Of a DNA stretch of 64,000 nucleotides, positions 30,072 through 44,359 are shown piece by piece. The stretch is from positions 209,746,001-209,810,000 of the forward strand of contig OX597814.1 of assembly GCA_951406725.2 (NCBI GenBank), in the 5' to 3' direction. The position numbers were made by a program, and so were the translations under genes. The stretch comes from Octopus vulgaris (lineage: Eukaryota). Position 1 is the first letter of the stretch. Every line of letters begins with the position of its first letter. The notes beneath the pieces were generated by a model. The model did no database searches. It was not told the DNA's origin and saw only the letters and a program-made list of their open reading frames with translations.

Positions 30072-31079
30072 ATTATTATTATTATTATCTCGTTGATTTA
30101 AATGGATTGTGTTTTATCTCCGTTTTTAACTGCTGTCTTTCTTTCACATAACGCTTTTAAAAGAAATATAATGAAAATTGGTGAATGCAGAAAAGAAAAT
30201 ATAATAATGATAATTAAAAAATTATTAAATTAGTTGAAAAACAAACAATGTTCATTGTTTTCGCTCTCTCTGTAAATTGACCTAATTTTGGTCTGTTAAA
30301 TCATATTATTATTCCATTTTTTATTTACTGACATTTTATTCACAATTCTTGTTCAACATCGAAAAATGTCCATAAATTTTGAGAATTGTTTATCTTTATG
30401 AATTCATATTTTGTTTAATTCAGCGAAAAATTTTGACTTCAGTTATCTAAGTTTTACGAGCAATGATTTGTCCACTCTTAATTTTTTTGTTACTTTTCAA
30501 ACTTCCCACGAGTTTCCGAAGCTGTATTTTTCGTTAAATTTTAACAATCTGTTTAATATATAACAATAAACTAAAAACATGGTTAATAAAATGACATCAT
30601 TGTTTCCTTCTTTCTTTTTTGAATTTTTCTTTTTTTCATTGATTGGAATTTTATAACATACGTGACCAGTAACGCCGTAACTAAAGGTGGTTTCAGTCAT
30701 AATTGGAAAGGAAACATAGAAATCAAACAACAGTAACAGCAATATTAATATTAATATTAAAAATAATTAAAAATAAACATGAAGATGATGATAGTCATAG
30801 TAATAATAATTCTAACTGTATAACATAATTATTAAGAACTATATTCATTTTGCATTCTTAACGAGTAAGAATTTGTGTGGATGCCTCATGGCTGTTTAAC
30901 AAACCAAAACTTTCTCATGTTCTTGCGTATGTATTCCTTTCTTGTATACTTAAGAAGCCCAGTTTTGGTGACTGACATAAAACTTCCTCTAGCAATTTAG
31001 GTGCATTGTCCCACAATTAGACCATGAATTTATATTTTTCTTTTCATTTTTACTCCAATAGAATTTTAAAAACATTATT

Positions 31080-31409
31080 TCAAGGTCCTTGGAAAAAAAC
31101 TGTTAAAGTTACGGTTATTGTGAGTCCTAGAAATATAAGGAGAAGTACTCTGTCTATAATCAAGGCCAGCTGTTGCCATTCCTGTTTGATGAGGTCACGT
31201 CGGTCTTGCTCAGCCAGTCTCATTTCATTGCGTTCAATGGTTTGATAGACTTTTTGGAGGACACGCATGAATTGCCTTTCGAAAGTCTCGCTGGCTGTAG
31301 CCGAAGCCGATGGATTCAATTTGCGAATAAACCTTGGGGAAAGTCGGCCATTTTCAGGAAGTTTGTCGGTATCAAAACGTCTATAATAATCCGCTACAGG
31401 GGCTGCAGG
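31080..31409 (-). CDS. nAChR-like Cys-loop receptor subunit, last coding exon (M3-M4 loop, MA helix, M4, stop)
   Basis: Acceptor ttttcgtttcag|CCT (phase 0). Encodes PAAPVADYYRRFDTDKLPENGRLSPRF...FERQFMRVLQKVYQTIERNEMRLAEQDRRDLIKQEWQQLALIIDRVLLLIFLGLTITVTLTVFFQGP, then TGA at 31082-31080. EW..A..IDR..L..F is the canonical nAChR pre-M4/M4 signature. Confidence 0.93.
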   Translation of the reverse strand, partial: PAAPVADYYRRFDTDKLPENGRLSPRFIRKLNPSASATASETFERQFMRVLQKVYQTIERNEMRLAEQDRRDLIKQEWQQLALIIDRVLLLIFLGLTITVTLTVFFQGP

Positions 31410-33189
31410 CTGAAACGAAAAAGAAAATAAGAACACGAATTAATACAATTCAAATACTCTATTCTCTGTAGAGAAGTAAACTATTATTCTAAAAAGGCAA
31501 TATTGAGATTTTTTTGTGATATACGTAAAAATATGTAAATCTCCAAATAACACCCTGCAATCTTCAGAGAAGAAGATAAATTTATTAGCATCGCCGCAAA
31601 AAAGAATGACAAGATGGAAAGATCACGGCTGGTGCACGAATTTTTATGTACGTCGGATTAGAACTGGCATGGGCTAAAAATTGTAGTCATCATGATTAAT
31701 AATAATTATTAGCCTGGTATGTTCTATATCTAAGAGATGAGGAATTATGTACGCAGAGATAAATTTTGTTTCAGATCATTTAACATTAAAATGAACAGAG
31801 AAAACAAGGATAAAATACACACAACACAACACGCACACACACGCATACAAATACACACATAAACACACACACACGCGCAGACATATGGTCGTTCGCAGCA
31901 AACTTTCTGATAATGGAGAGGAGGACGAAACTTTCAATTCCTTGTCAACATTTTCCTTGTAAAAATTAATGTGTACTTTAATAAAAGTTATTGAATAATT
32001 CTTTAGATATTATCAAATTGGTTTTAAGTATGGCTTGTTAGAAACACACACACACACACACACACACACACCCACACACACACACGCTCGCACATACAAC
32101 CACACACACACACGCTCGCTCATACAGCCACATACACACACACATACATTCTTGCATACATATAGCGTGAATATATATGTATATATATATATAAATACTA
32201 TAAAACCATCAAAATCAAAAATCGTATCTATTACAAACCACAAGTTTACACAGCTAAGCAGACACTGAAAATGCGAGTTGTTAACCAAATTTATTCCTTA
32301 TTCATTCAAAAATATTATTACGACGTACATTCCCGAGAACACTTTGGTAATTAATTTTTTAGTGCTAAACAGTTTTTGGCTTAATAATTTGCCGTACCAA
32401 ATTTCATGTATTCAAAACCAAGTGTTCATTTTCTACATACCAGAAATATTATTGTATCATCTAAGCCTTTTAATTTAACTGAAAGCTTAAACCTTGAACT
32501 TATTCCATATTAAAACAACGTGTAATCATTCAAATAATAAAATCTTTATTCATTTCTATTGTTAAATCAATTTCACTACCTATTATCCCAGATCTTATTT
32601 TCAATGCTGCGTACATACTATTCATTTAATAAGGCGTACAGATTTCTACACACGGTAAAACAATGAGCTTCTTGTTGGCTTTAAACTGTTCCTAATTACA
32701 TGGCTTTACACGAAATACACGAATTTTAACTTGATGGAAAAGCATCAGACTTACTATATGAATTAGTAACCAAACATTCATTACATACCTCAGACGTAAC
32801 ATCTAGATAATTTATTTTAATAACATCCTAAACATTTTACTGGCTTCTAAATCCCTATTAAATACACTCGAATGATGAAAAATAAGGAACGGATAAATCC
32901 TCAATATATCTAGATACATTAATTTTCCTAACCAAACTTGTTTCCCCTTTTATGATCCTTTTAGAAAACTAAACCACATGCTATGCTAAATAAGATGCAC
33001 TAAAAGAGGACTACAATTAGCCACTCCACTTGGCGTTGCCTCTAAACTGTTTTAAAATATGTTTGTGAATGAAACATACACGTTACACTTAGTAACACTG
33101 CAACTCTTTCCACTTTTATAATAATAATACTAATACTACTACTAATAATAATAATAAAAATAAAAATAATAATAATAATAATAATAATA

Positions 33190-33257
<68 letters not shown>

Positions 33258-33646
33258 ATACCCATAGTATCTAATATTAGATGAGAACGCTTCCTCATTT
33301 TTTATTCAATTACAGATATATTTATTACCAAATATCAAATCTAATAGATTAACTGTATCCACACCCACTAGTTTTAAAATTCTATTAGTTGAAGATGATA
33401 CTTCTGCATTGTCTTGGCCTTCTTCACGTCCTTACGCTTTTCTTAGGATTTCAAGCAACACCTGATATTGTGTATCAGAATACACACACGCTACCGCTCT
33501 CTCATACACACACACGGACATACAGACACACATCGATTAAATTTGGGTCTCTCAGTAATAATTCCCATCTTCCTATGCTGGAAGATAAACCAAATTAAAC
33601 GATGCAAGTGGAACAAATTCGCGGACCAAGAATGTAAAAATGGTGA

Positions 33647-33868
<222 letters not shown>

Positions 33869-33892
33869 CATGAATACACGCACACAGACACG

Positions 33893-33923
<31 letters not shown>

Positions 33924-36390
33924 TATACATAAAAAACTTATATAACATTATATACGCACCTACGCACAGATATATGTGTATATGTGTGCATGTGTGTGTA
34001 TGCGTATATATATATATGTGTGTGTGTATGTGTGTGTGTGTATGTATATGTATGTGTGTATGTATCTATGTATGTATATATGTAGATGTGTCTGTAGTTG
34101 TATGTGTGTTTCTGCGTGTTTTTATGTCTATTTAAACGGTGTATATATGATCTATATTTATGTCTATGCTACGATAATATTATGAATTATATGCTCCAGT
34201 TAGTCTGTCGTGGTTACTTCACTAAAAGTAAATTGTAATGTCACAATTATCCCGTGTCTACTCGTAATGACAACGCTCTGTGATAAAGTACATGGAACCA
34301 TAAGAAGAGATATCCTTTGCACCATGGCAATAGGTGTCTTGAAGTGGACAGAAATAATTCTACTCTAAAAAGCCTGTTGCTTCTTAAGTATATATAGTAA
34401 TCTGGGAAAAGTAATATGCACTATAGTTTATGACATTTCATTATGTGACTGAAACTAGTATAAGAGGGAAATAATATTACTGGATAATTATGAAAAACGT
34501 TATATTTATTATACATTGTTCATTATCTTCTTATAAGTATTTGTAATGCCTTAAATTCTACGTGTACTGTATACAGGATATCGCAGTTATTCAACTCGCT
34601 AAGTATTTGCCCATTGGTAAAAGAAATATGCACATGCTTCGTATGGTTATAAATACTTGAAAAATTGGCGAACGATTTTTTGAAGGTATTATTCACTTGA
34701 AACAAAATATAAAATTCCAATAGATTTCAAACTGTAAATCATGTTTTTTTTCTATTCTTAATAGATTGAGAAAAACTTAGAGACGATCATATTATCTTAT
34801 TGGGATTTATTCTTAAAACGAGACTTTGATAATCTATATTGTATTTACTAGTAAAATACAAAATACGTTTTAAAGCTTCAACAATGTTTTACTGACAAAA
34901 AATCACGCTTCAGTTTAAATTATAATATTGTTAAAATGTAGTTTTTCAAGGATATGTATTACAAAACATATCACACTATTGTGCAAGAATATAGTTTATA
35001 CACCTAATATTTTAATATTTGTTATATCATCTGTGTATTTAAAGAAATTCCAATTAAGCTATGGTGTTAAACTGAACATCGAACAGCACAGATCCATCTA
35101 CAATATGCCTTGCATAACCTAACATTTACGTACAAGAATATATCATCATTTAAAAATATCTTTTCTTTTTAAAGTACCAGGGTCAACACTTACACGAAAT
35201 GTACAGAAAATTCTGGATATTTTTAGTCAAAAAGAGAAGTAGTTGACATTAATTTGAGAACAGTTTTTACTCAAGCATATATACGTTGAAGGATTGGCGA
35301 AGTTACTTTAGTCGATTTCATTTGACGTTGTCTATTTTATGTAGCTCATCAAGTAAATGCCGATGAATAATTTTGACGTACTGAGAGTGAGTAGTTTAAT
35401 AGAAGTAAATGAGAGACATTCTAAGGAATGAGAGAAGATGGAGAAGATGCATGAGAGAGAAGAAAGTGAAGTAAAAATATGAACTAACTTGAAAATGGAA
35501 GACATCATAATGCATTAGGGTTTGTGAGAAAATGATAAAAACGACTAAACAAAAGATAATGGAAAAATATAAGTGAATGAAAGAAATGAACAAAGGTGGT
35601 AAGTAAGAGAAGTGTCTCGAATCTAAATGTAGTCATTAAGAAAAAAGAAAGAAAATTATTATGTTGTGATTGCTAAGTTAGAGAAGAGAATGTATAGTGG
35701 CAATAAAAAAGCAGTGAAGAAGCTGACAATATACGTCAGTTTAAAGAAGTGCAATTAGAAGACATTTACATCGAATAAAGAACTGAGAGACTATTATTTT
35801 CTCCCTGATAAGGATCTGGTTTGAAAGAAGAAATATGTTGCGATTTTATTTGAACATAAATGCAGTAGACGCGTTACGTTTCTTTATTTTTATTTTCGCT
35901 TTTATGCTATTGCATTATATCAAGCGACAATTTGTTTTGGCATTTGATGTTCAAGTGCCAAAAGAAGAATAATGTTGACATAGATAAATCTAACAGCTTT
36001 AAGAGTACAAGTTACAGCCTGGCTATCATCTGATTCTTGACTGTAAGTATTTTGCCTTGCACACGTCGCTACATTAATTGAGAAAGGATTGACATAAGCA
36101 ATATACTTATTTCAAAAAAGAAATTGCATATACTGAGATTATTCATAACATTAATAGAACGAAAAAAAGCCCTCTTGGGCATTCCAAAGTCTTCAACATA
36201 GAAGCTAAGATTAGTTGAGTGAATTTTTTTTGGGAAATATGGACAATGCAGATTGAAGTCAACTAGCGGACACTTCGGAGTTGTTATACTTCTTAGTGAA
36301 GTATATTCATTATGTTTATATCTATCTGTCTGTTTGATAGCCTGCCTGTCTGTCTAACCATTTATCTGTGTGTGTATATATATATATATA

Positions 36391-36768
36391 GTGCCGGTGG
36401 CACGTAAGAGAACCATCCGAACATGGCCGTTCCCAGCGCCGCCCCGACTGGTGCCGGTGATACGTAAAAAGCACCATCCGATTGTGGCCGTTGCCAGCCT
36501 CGTCTTGCCCCCGTGCCGGTGGCACGTAAAAAGCGCCATCCGATCGTGGCCGTTTGCCAGCCTCGTCTGGAACCTGTGTCGGTGGCACGTAAAAAGCACC
36601 CACTACACTCACGGGGTGGTTGGCGTTAGGAAGGGCATCCAGCTGTAGAGACACTGCCAGATCAGACTGGGCCTGGTGCAGCCTTCTGGCTTCCCAGACG
36701 CCAGTTGAACCGTCCAACCCATGCTAGCATGGAAAACGGACGTTAAACGATAATGATGATGATGATGA

Positions 36769-36770
<2 letters not shown>
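36391..36770 (+). mobile_element. SINE 3' half with Meta-like core and (GAT)n tail, preceded by ~61-bp tandem units
   Basis: Units starting gtgccggtggcacgtaa at 36391, 36451, 36513 and ~36576. Core ggttggcgttaggaagggcatccagctgtag resembles the MetaSINE domain as recalled. Tail acggacgttaaacgataatgatgatgatg is RTE-type. Confidence 0.75.
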
Positions 36771-36828
<58 letters not shown>

Positions 36829-37831
36829 ATACTGAAGAGAGAGAGAGAGAGGGAGACAGAGAAAGAGAGGGAAATTTCGGGATGATGGAAAACAATGCGG
36901 TATTCAATAAACAAAACAACTGCGGTGGGCATCACATGAATAGTAGAATAAGCAATAAAAGCTGGAATGAATACGATTATACATGCAACTAAGCGGCAAA
37001 ATATGTCTGTAGGAATGCTTAGAAATGTAAACACAGCTTCAGACATGTTTATCACTTACCCCAGTTGCTTTTAAAAGCCAGCTCCATTCCTAACCGTATT
37101 TGTAATTTTTCTAATTTCATTTTTCTGAGCTTATAAAAATTTTCTCCATTTCCTTACTGATTTAGATAAAAGACTTCCCTCAATGCTTTCCAGCTTATTG
37201 CATTGCATACGTTAAACTGTAGCGTGCAAGTATTTTGTATGGGAAACGTTTGCTTATGTACTTTCAGTCAGCTGTGTCATTGTTATATATCAAAATCACA
37301 ATATACTCCTTCTATAAAAAATCTTAAGCTTTATTGTATCGATAGCAACAGAAATCGACAAGTTCGGCGCTTTGTCCTACAGCGACATATCTAGAAGATT
37401 TAATATAAGTTACGTGACATGAAATGAACTAAGTACGGGTCATCTCTGTTCCAGTGAAACTTACTAATGGTGTACTCTTTTCCCTATTTATGCTGTGTTA
37501 TATTTCAGGGTCGTCCCTCTAAGCCCCGAAAAGGAACGCCTACGCAACCAATCACCTTCAAACATCGTAGCATAATTTCCTTTCACCACCTTCTAATATT
37601 ATAAAAACACGTTAGGTAATGTGGTAATGTGGTAATGTAGTAATAGATAAACAAGAAGAGAATGAAAAAAAAATCAAGGCTGGAATACACATGACCATAT
37701 ATCTGTTTCATCATGATTGACCTCTGGCTAAACGACAACAAACACTGGCCAATTTTAATATTAGTGTTCTTCATGTCCTATTTCGATTTCCTTATTAGTT
37801 AAGTATTCCTAACTATATATAAGGAATAATT

Positions 37832-38030
37832 GCGCAGGTGTGGCTGTGTGGTAAGAAACTTGCTTCCCAACCACATAGCTCCGTGTTCAGTCCCACTGCG
37901 TGGCAACTAGGGCAGGTGTGTTCTACTATAGCCTCAGGCCGATCAAACCTTTGTGCGTGGATTTGGTAGACGGAAACTAAGAGAAACCCGACGGTGCTCC
38001 AGCATAGGCCCAGTCAAATGATTGAAATAA
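37832..38030 (+). mobile_element. SINE family A with internal deletion
   Basis: gcgcaggtgtggctgtgtggtaagaaacttgcttcccaaccacatagctccgtgttcagtccc...ggatttggtagacggaaacta joined directly to the tail cggtgctccagcat...cagtcaaatgattgaaata. Confidence 0.85.
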
Positions 38031-38198
38031 ATAAATGAATAAAAGAATATTAATATGGAATTAACATTTGGTTTTTATTAAAATAGATCCTAAAGCTTTT
38101 CCAGTAGTGAATAACAATGATAGATAGAAAGCGAAAGTGTTACCGATTTGGAAACCGCTATGGTGTTTAGTCCAGTTCCTTTAGATAATCAGTTCAAA

Positions 38199-38880
38199 CG
38201 TATATATATATACCACAGGCAAGAAAAACAAATTCCATTCCAGAATAATTTCATTAAATGTTCACTGTCTTTTTGTACAATACCAGAATAATTCATCATA
38301 TACAAATGATACTCAGTCAAAGTCTTTCAGTTTTCTTCATCTCATTGGTAAATACACACACAAGCACAACCACACAAGTACACACACACACACGTACAAG
38401 CATATGCATGTATTTAGTTTATTACAGCATAAACTATGCCTATCGTACACAATTTCAATAGCCTACATTAAGGAATCTGGAGGACAGTTTAACTTAAAAT
38501 TTAAAGTATTTTGCAGTTATATACTCACTTTCAACACTTTCGTATATATATATACCACAGGCAAGAAAAACAAATTCCATTCCAGAATAATTTCATTAAA
38601 AGTTCACTATCTCTATCTACAATACCAGAATAATTCATCATATACAAATGATACTCAGTCAAAGTCTTTCAGTTTTCTTCATCTCATTGGTAAATACACA
38701 CACAAGCACAACCACACAAGTACACACACACACACGTACAAGCATATGCATGTATTTAGTTTATTACAGCATAAACTATGCCTATCGTACACAATTTCAA
38801 TAGCCTACATTAAGGAATCTGAGAAGGACAGTTTAACTTAAAATTTAAAGTATTTTGCAGTTATATACTCACTTTCAACA
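38199..38880. repeat. Tandem duplication of a ~340-bp unit (third partial copy at 40051-40177)
   Basis: cgtatatatatataccacaggcaagaaaaacaaattccattccagaataatttcattaaa...actcactttcaaca occurs at 38199-38537 and 38541-38880, near identical. Confidence 0.92.
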
Positions 38881-38948
38881 GTTTTGTCTGCGTTCTTCTG
38901 ACGTTCCACACGAACAATTACCGCGCCATACATATATATTTAGGTATG

Positions 38949-39037
<89 letters not shown>

Positions 39038-39044
39038 ATAATTG

Positions 39045-39103
<59 letters not shown>

Positions 39104-39546
39104 GGCATTGAACACTTGCATTCAGACCGCAGAATTCTTCATCGTGGGCGTAATGCTCTTGTAATACCAGAAGAATTACAGCATGCAAATTCTTACAGAG
39201 AAGCATTGAGCTGTGTATGTAAGGTATCAATTCTTATGGCATTTCATAAATTTCCCACGATGTTAAGGACTACTGCTTTTCATGTAGGTACACACGAACA
39301 CATGCATGCACACACATATATCTATCTATCTATCTATATGTATGTGCATATATATACATATATAATGCGTGTAATATATATATATATATATAAGTATATA
39401 TACATATTGAGATAGGGGTTGTGAGTTCAACCCACCATAGGATAACATATATCCAAGGCGCATGTGCATATTATATATTATGTATATGTACTCATTCTTG
39501 TATAGGTGTACCTTCTCTTATATTCATATTTAGATTGTACTTTATA

Positions 39547-39673
39547 ATCTCTGAAGAGGCCTTGGGATATATTTGTAAGTGTCTCATTTATAACCACATA
39601 TTAACTTGTCACACCTGGCTAATATGAGCATAATGAGATACTCATATCTACATGGCTGAAACAGATGTAAGAT
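39547..39673 (+). ncRNA. Type I hammerhead ribozyme with long extended helix II
   Basis: atct-CTGAAGA-ggcc...gatat...agtgtctcatt(loop)aatgagatact...atatc...ggct-GAAAC-agat-GTA-agat: canonical core, helix I atct/agat, helix II ggcc/ggct plus two further stems; predicted cleavage after A39669. Confidence 0.78.
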
Positions 39674-40688
39674 ATAGTTTATATTTATATTTATTTATAC
39701 ATATTGTACTTATTGTATCATATTACTCATTTATGTGCACTGTTTAGTTCTGTACTATTATGTTTGGCCTTGATGTGCATATGTAGTTGGTTAATAAATT
39801 ATGTGAATGGGTATTATCTGGTAGTTGATTATTGATTAAGGTGTATTCCTCCATTTTCTTATTTTGTATGTTAGTTAGTTAGTTAGTTAATTTGGCTCAA
39901 AAGCAAATAGCAAGGCCATGTAGGGGGACATGGAGTTAAGTACAGGGTGGTGTTCATGTAAAGAGTTCAGGCCACTTGAGGTCCAGGGAGGCTTTGAAAA
40001 AAGCGGTATATATACATATATATTTATACATACATATTTGTATATATTTACAAACGTATATATATATATATATATACCACAGGCAAGAAAAACAAATTCC
40101 ATTCCAGAATAATTTCATTAAAAGTTCACTGTCTTTTTGTACAATACCAGAATAATTCTTCATATACAAATGATACTGTGAAGGCATGAAATTAACGACT
40201 CTCAATTTGTATCTTAGAAGAGGGGCCAATAGTGTGAATGACAATTTCAGGATTTACTAACGATGTAGACTTAGGCTGCAAACTACATCGTAGTTAAATG
40301 AGTTATATAATTCTCGAAAACCATCTGTGTGAATGCAGCAGCTAATTTAGTTTTCTTATCCATAGTATTCAATTCGTGAGCAATTTTAGATAGTCATCTG
40401 AAATAACTCATCGACCAAATAGCGTTTGCGAACAAAAAGAAACAACATCTTTGGTAGTTGCAGTAAAGTAATAGTAATAGTTACCTGCTATAATAGCAGA
40501 AGTCATGCAGTTTTTAATTTTCGTGGAAAACTGAATATATGCTACATTCGTTGGTACATTGATAGGAAACGATAATATGCGAGAAAAATTCTCAAATTAA
40601 AGTATTTACGATTTAGTACTTGTCTAACGTAGGTACATACTTGCAATGCTAATGTCATGCACACACACACATACATACAGAGAAAGAA

Positions 40689-40721
<33 letters not shown>

Positions 40722-40897
40722 GAGAGAGAGAGAGAGAGGAGAGAGACTTGTATATGCATACATGTAATATGTATATGTACGTATGTATGTATGTATCTAT
40801 ATACATCTGTATATATCGTATATATATATATGTGTGTGTGAGTGTTTGTGTGTATGTGTGTGTGCATATATATATACACACATACATATATATATTC

Positions 40898-40986
<89 letters not shown>

Positions 40987-41453
40987 TATAGATATATAGG
41001 TATATAGATATCTGCATATATAAGCGCATATAATATTTTTCTTCCTGATAGCTTTCTATGATAACGACATTTGAAAAATAATGAGTCTGGATAACGGCTG
41101 ATGAAAATTTCTAAGCGCATTTAGTACTGATATACCTAACATGAAATCATATGACGTAATTAATCGCCTCTCAAAAAAAAACCCAAAAATTACAATAAGC
41201 GAAAGAACATAGACACACAAAGACATTGATGCACGTTAAAATTGAATATACATTAAGTGATAATGGACTCGTTAATACCCAATATACAAAATGATATGCA
41301 ATATATACATTGCTAACTACTAGATTAACATGAAGCCGTAAATTCTCATACATATGCACATTAATGCGCAGGCATATATATATAGTATTACTGTTCTAAC
41401 GTTTAGGGTGTGCTTCCTTTTGGGATATGATCTACTAATTCACTGACACTGTA

Positions 41454-41544
<91 letters not shown>

Positions 41545-41562
41545 GAAAATAATCCAACGTAC

Positions 41563-41975
41563 CAATATAGGATCCAGCTAAATATTTTCTTTTATTTGGA
41601 CTCAAGTGGACCGGTTTCTGGAATGGCATTATACCCTCACCTTCTTCAGCTATTTAATGCTTTTTGGGCCTGCAATCTCCTATATTATTAATTCTGTCAT
41701 TATCAATTTAATTATTTTATCCTAGGTGAAATGTATATTCGCAAATATTTTCTGCTGAATTATTTGCTCTGTGTTGGAATTATTTTCTCACAGAGAAAAT
41801 GCTATGATGAGGCGCAAAAGAAATCAGTTGCAGCCCAGAATTCTACGTGGCGGGTTGGGGGATATTTTTCCATCATGGTAACACGCGCTGAAGAAGGGTG
41901 AGGCTATAATGTCAGTCCAGAAACCGGTCCTCATGAGTCCAAATACTAGAAAATATATAGCTGGATGCTTTATTG
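41563..41975. repeat. Inverted repeat (~88-bp arms 41563-41650 and 41887-41975), each arm carrying a hammerhead core
   Basis: Plus: gCTGAAGAagggtgaggctataatgtcagtccaGAAACcgGTCctcatgagtccaaata. Minus: gCTGAAGAaggtgagggtataatgccattccaGAAACcgGTCcacttgagtccaaata. Confidence 0.8.
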
Positions 41976-42144
41976 AATAATTGTCTTAACCCTTAAGCTC
42001 GCAGACGGTTGATATCTGTAGTTATTGTCAGTGTTACTTTTTCGGTGGGTTAAATATGAGTTGAGACTGTTATTTCCAGCAGGTAGACATACTCAGTATG
42101 TTCTTTGATTAATATATACAGACACACACACACACACCTAGACA

Positions 42145-42268
<124 letters not shown>

Positions 42269-42281
42269 CATACATACATAT

Positions 42282-42317
<36 letters not shown>

Positions 42318-43582
42318 CGAGAGATAGATAGATAGAGAGAGAGAGGTGAGACAGAGGGGAAGTGCGAAATATAAGTATGAGTCTAAATTCCTTACGAAAG
42401 GACTTCTGCATCTCACTGTGAATGCATTTCTGTGAGTGCGCGCATATGTGTGTGCATGAGGGTGTGTGAAAAATAATAAGAAAGGATTGAAACTGTTGTT
42501 TTTGTACGTACATATTTGAATAAAAGAAGGTTATTTTTTTTATCATAGAACGTGTACGTTTCTATCATATATTTACATGAATGAAAGCAAAATACAAAAA
42601 TATACTTCCACATAACAAATGTTTTCGCATAATAGCTTTGCTGAAAATATATTAGTGAATGTTTTCACCAGCTGAGTTTTTACAGACACAACGCGTGCAC
42701 ACATACTTACAAAACAGGAGAGAAAGTAAAAAAAATCGCATATTGCTTAAACATTCTCGGTATCGATAAAAGATTTTCGTATGATAAGAGTTTTAGTGAA
42801 AAAACTGTTGTGTATGTTGTAGTCAAAAGAGGTTTCATCGTAGAACAAACATCATATTTTACTGACAGGTTCGGTTTTAGCAGTTGATTCGCTCACCAAA
42901 TTTCGAGGTGTATTATCATTTTATATTAAGACCTTGTGCTCAGTTTATGTGAGAATAGTTAAAGATATAGTTATGAAGCTTATGATATTTTAAAGGCAAG
43001 GGATGTAACTTTTAGTATGTTGGTTTTCTTGTCGCTTATGTTCCTTAAGTGACTACATATATCGGTTAATGTACACAAAGAATGATATTTTCCCTTATGC
43101 AGAACAAGGACGTTAACAGAGGAGAGCAGGGTGTTCCATTAAAATATCGGTATGCACAGATAAATTCGCTTTTATTCTTATGAAATAGGGTTTTGTGTTC
43201 CAGCAAAAGATTGTTGTTATTGTAACGGCTATCGTTGCTGGTGTAGTTGTTTCTGTTGTGAATGTGCGTGATTAGTGGTAAGGGTATTCGGCTCACAATG
43301 TTACGGTCGTAAGTTTGGAAAGCGGCAGCGCGTTGTATCCTTGAGCAAGGCAATTTATTTCACATTGCGAATCTTTTATGTTTGGCTGCCAACTTCAATT
43401 TCTGTTCGAATTGATTTTATATTCAGTGCAATGGTACATTTTTCAGGCTAATCGATGTCATAAAAATCATTTTCGTTATAAATCAGTAAATAAAGAGTTA
43501 TTAGCTATTACAGTTTGAACATTTTGGGTAGACAGATTCACTACATCATTATATTACATTTGGACTGATAACAAAAGCAGCA

Positions 43583-43790
43583 GGCACTCCGTCGGTTACG
43601 ACGAGAGTTCCAGTTGATCCAATCAACGGAACAGCCTGCTCGGGAAATTGACCTGCAAGTGGCTGAGCACTCCACATATACGCGTACCCTTACGTAGTTC
43701 TCAGGGAGATTCAACGTGACGCAGTATGGGACAAGCCCGACCCTTTGAATTACAAGTGCTCTTCATTTATTGCTAGCTGAGCAGACTAGA
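43583..43790 (-). mobile_element. SINE family C 3' fragment
   Basis: gcactccgtcggttacgacga...gttgatcc.aatcaacggaacagcctgctcg...ggctgagcactccac matches 53722-53890. Confidence 0.85.
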
Positions 43791-44179
43791 ATAATGTGGG
43801 ATCTTTTCCGCTTGGCTGCCAAGGTTTCAAAAGCCTATCGAATTTTTTTTTTATTTGGTACATTAATCTAGCTGAATTGCTGGATTTGTATCACATTTTC
43901 CAGAAATTTTTTCTTTTTTTTTAGTTATATAAGTTTAAAATTTGATCATTTTCACCCGGTCAGGAAACAGAATTTTGAAGTGACAGCACATTTTGTCAAC
44001 ATCCTGAAAGTAGCTCTGTTGTCAATATTTGTATTATATACACGGAAAATGTATAAACAACACATCTTTTGTAGTTTTAAGCATTCAATATGCATATATA
44101 TAAGTATATATATCTATATCTATATCTATCTATCTATCTATATATATATTTAAGTATATATATATACGTACATACATAC

Positions 44180-44239
<60 letters not shown>

Positions 44240-44359
44240 TACATGAATAACTATGGGATTGCACCTAGAAAGTTACCCTGCGAGGCACAAGTCACGGCAA
44301 CGTTGTTTTTGGAAGGCCAGCAGTCGGCCATGCATACCACATCATCTTGGCACCAGTGA

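Noticed and set aside
36391-36600. CRISPR-like repeat-spacer array
   Set aside because: Eukaryotic context; whole units are homologous with no unique spacers; part of a SINE.
37059-37090. 30-nt phase-0 cassette (EWSWLLKATG) ending in a perfect gtaagt donor on the minus strand
   Set aside because: Upstream acceptor context is purine-rich with no polypyrimidine tract.
40485-40487. 3-nt microexon tag|CAG|gtaac with upstream UGC/UGCAUG
   Set aside because: Weak pyrimidine tract; expected by chance in an 18-kb intron and unsupported without reads.
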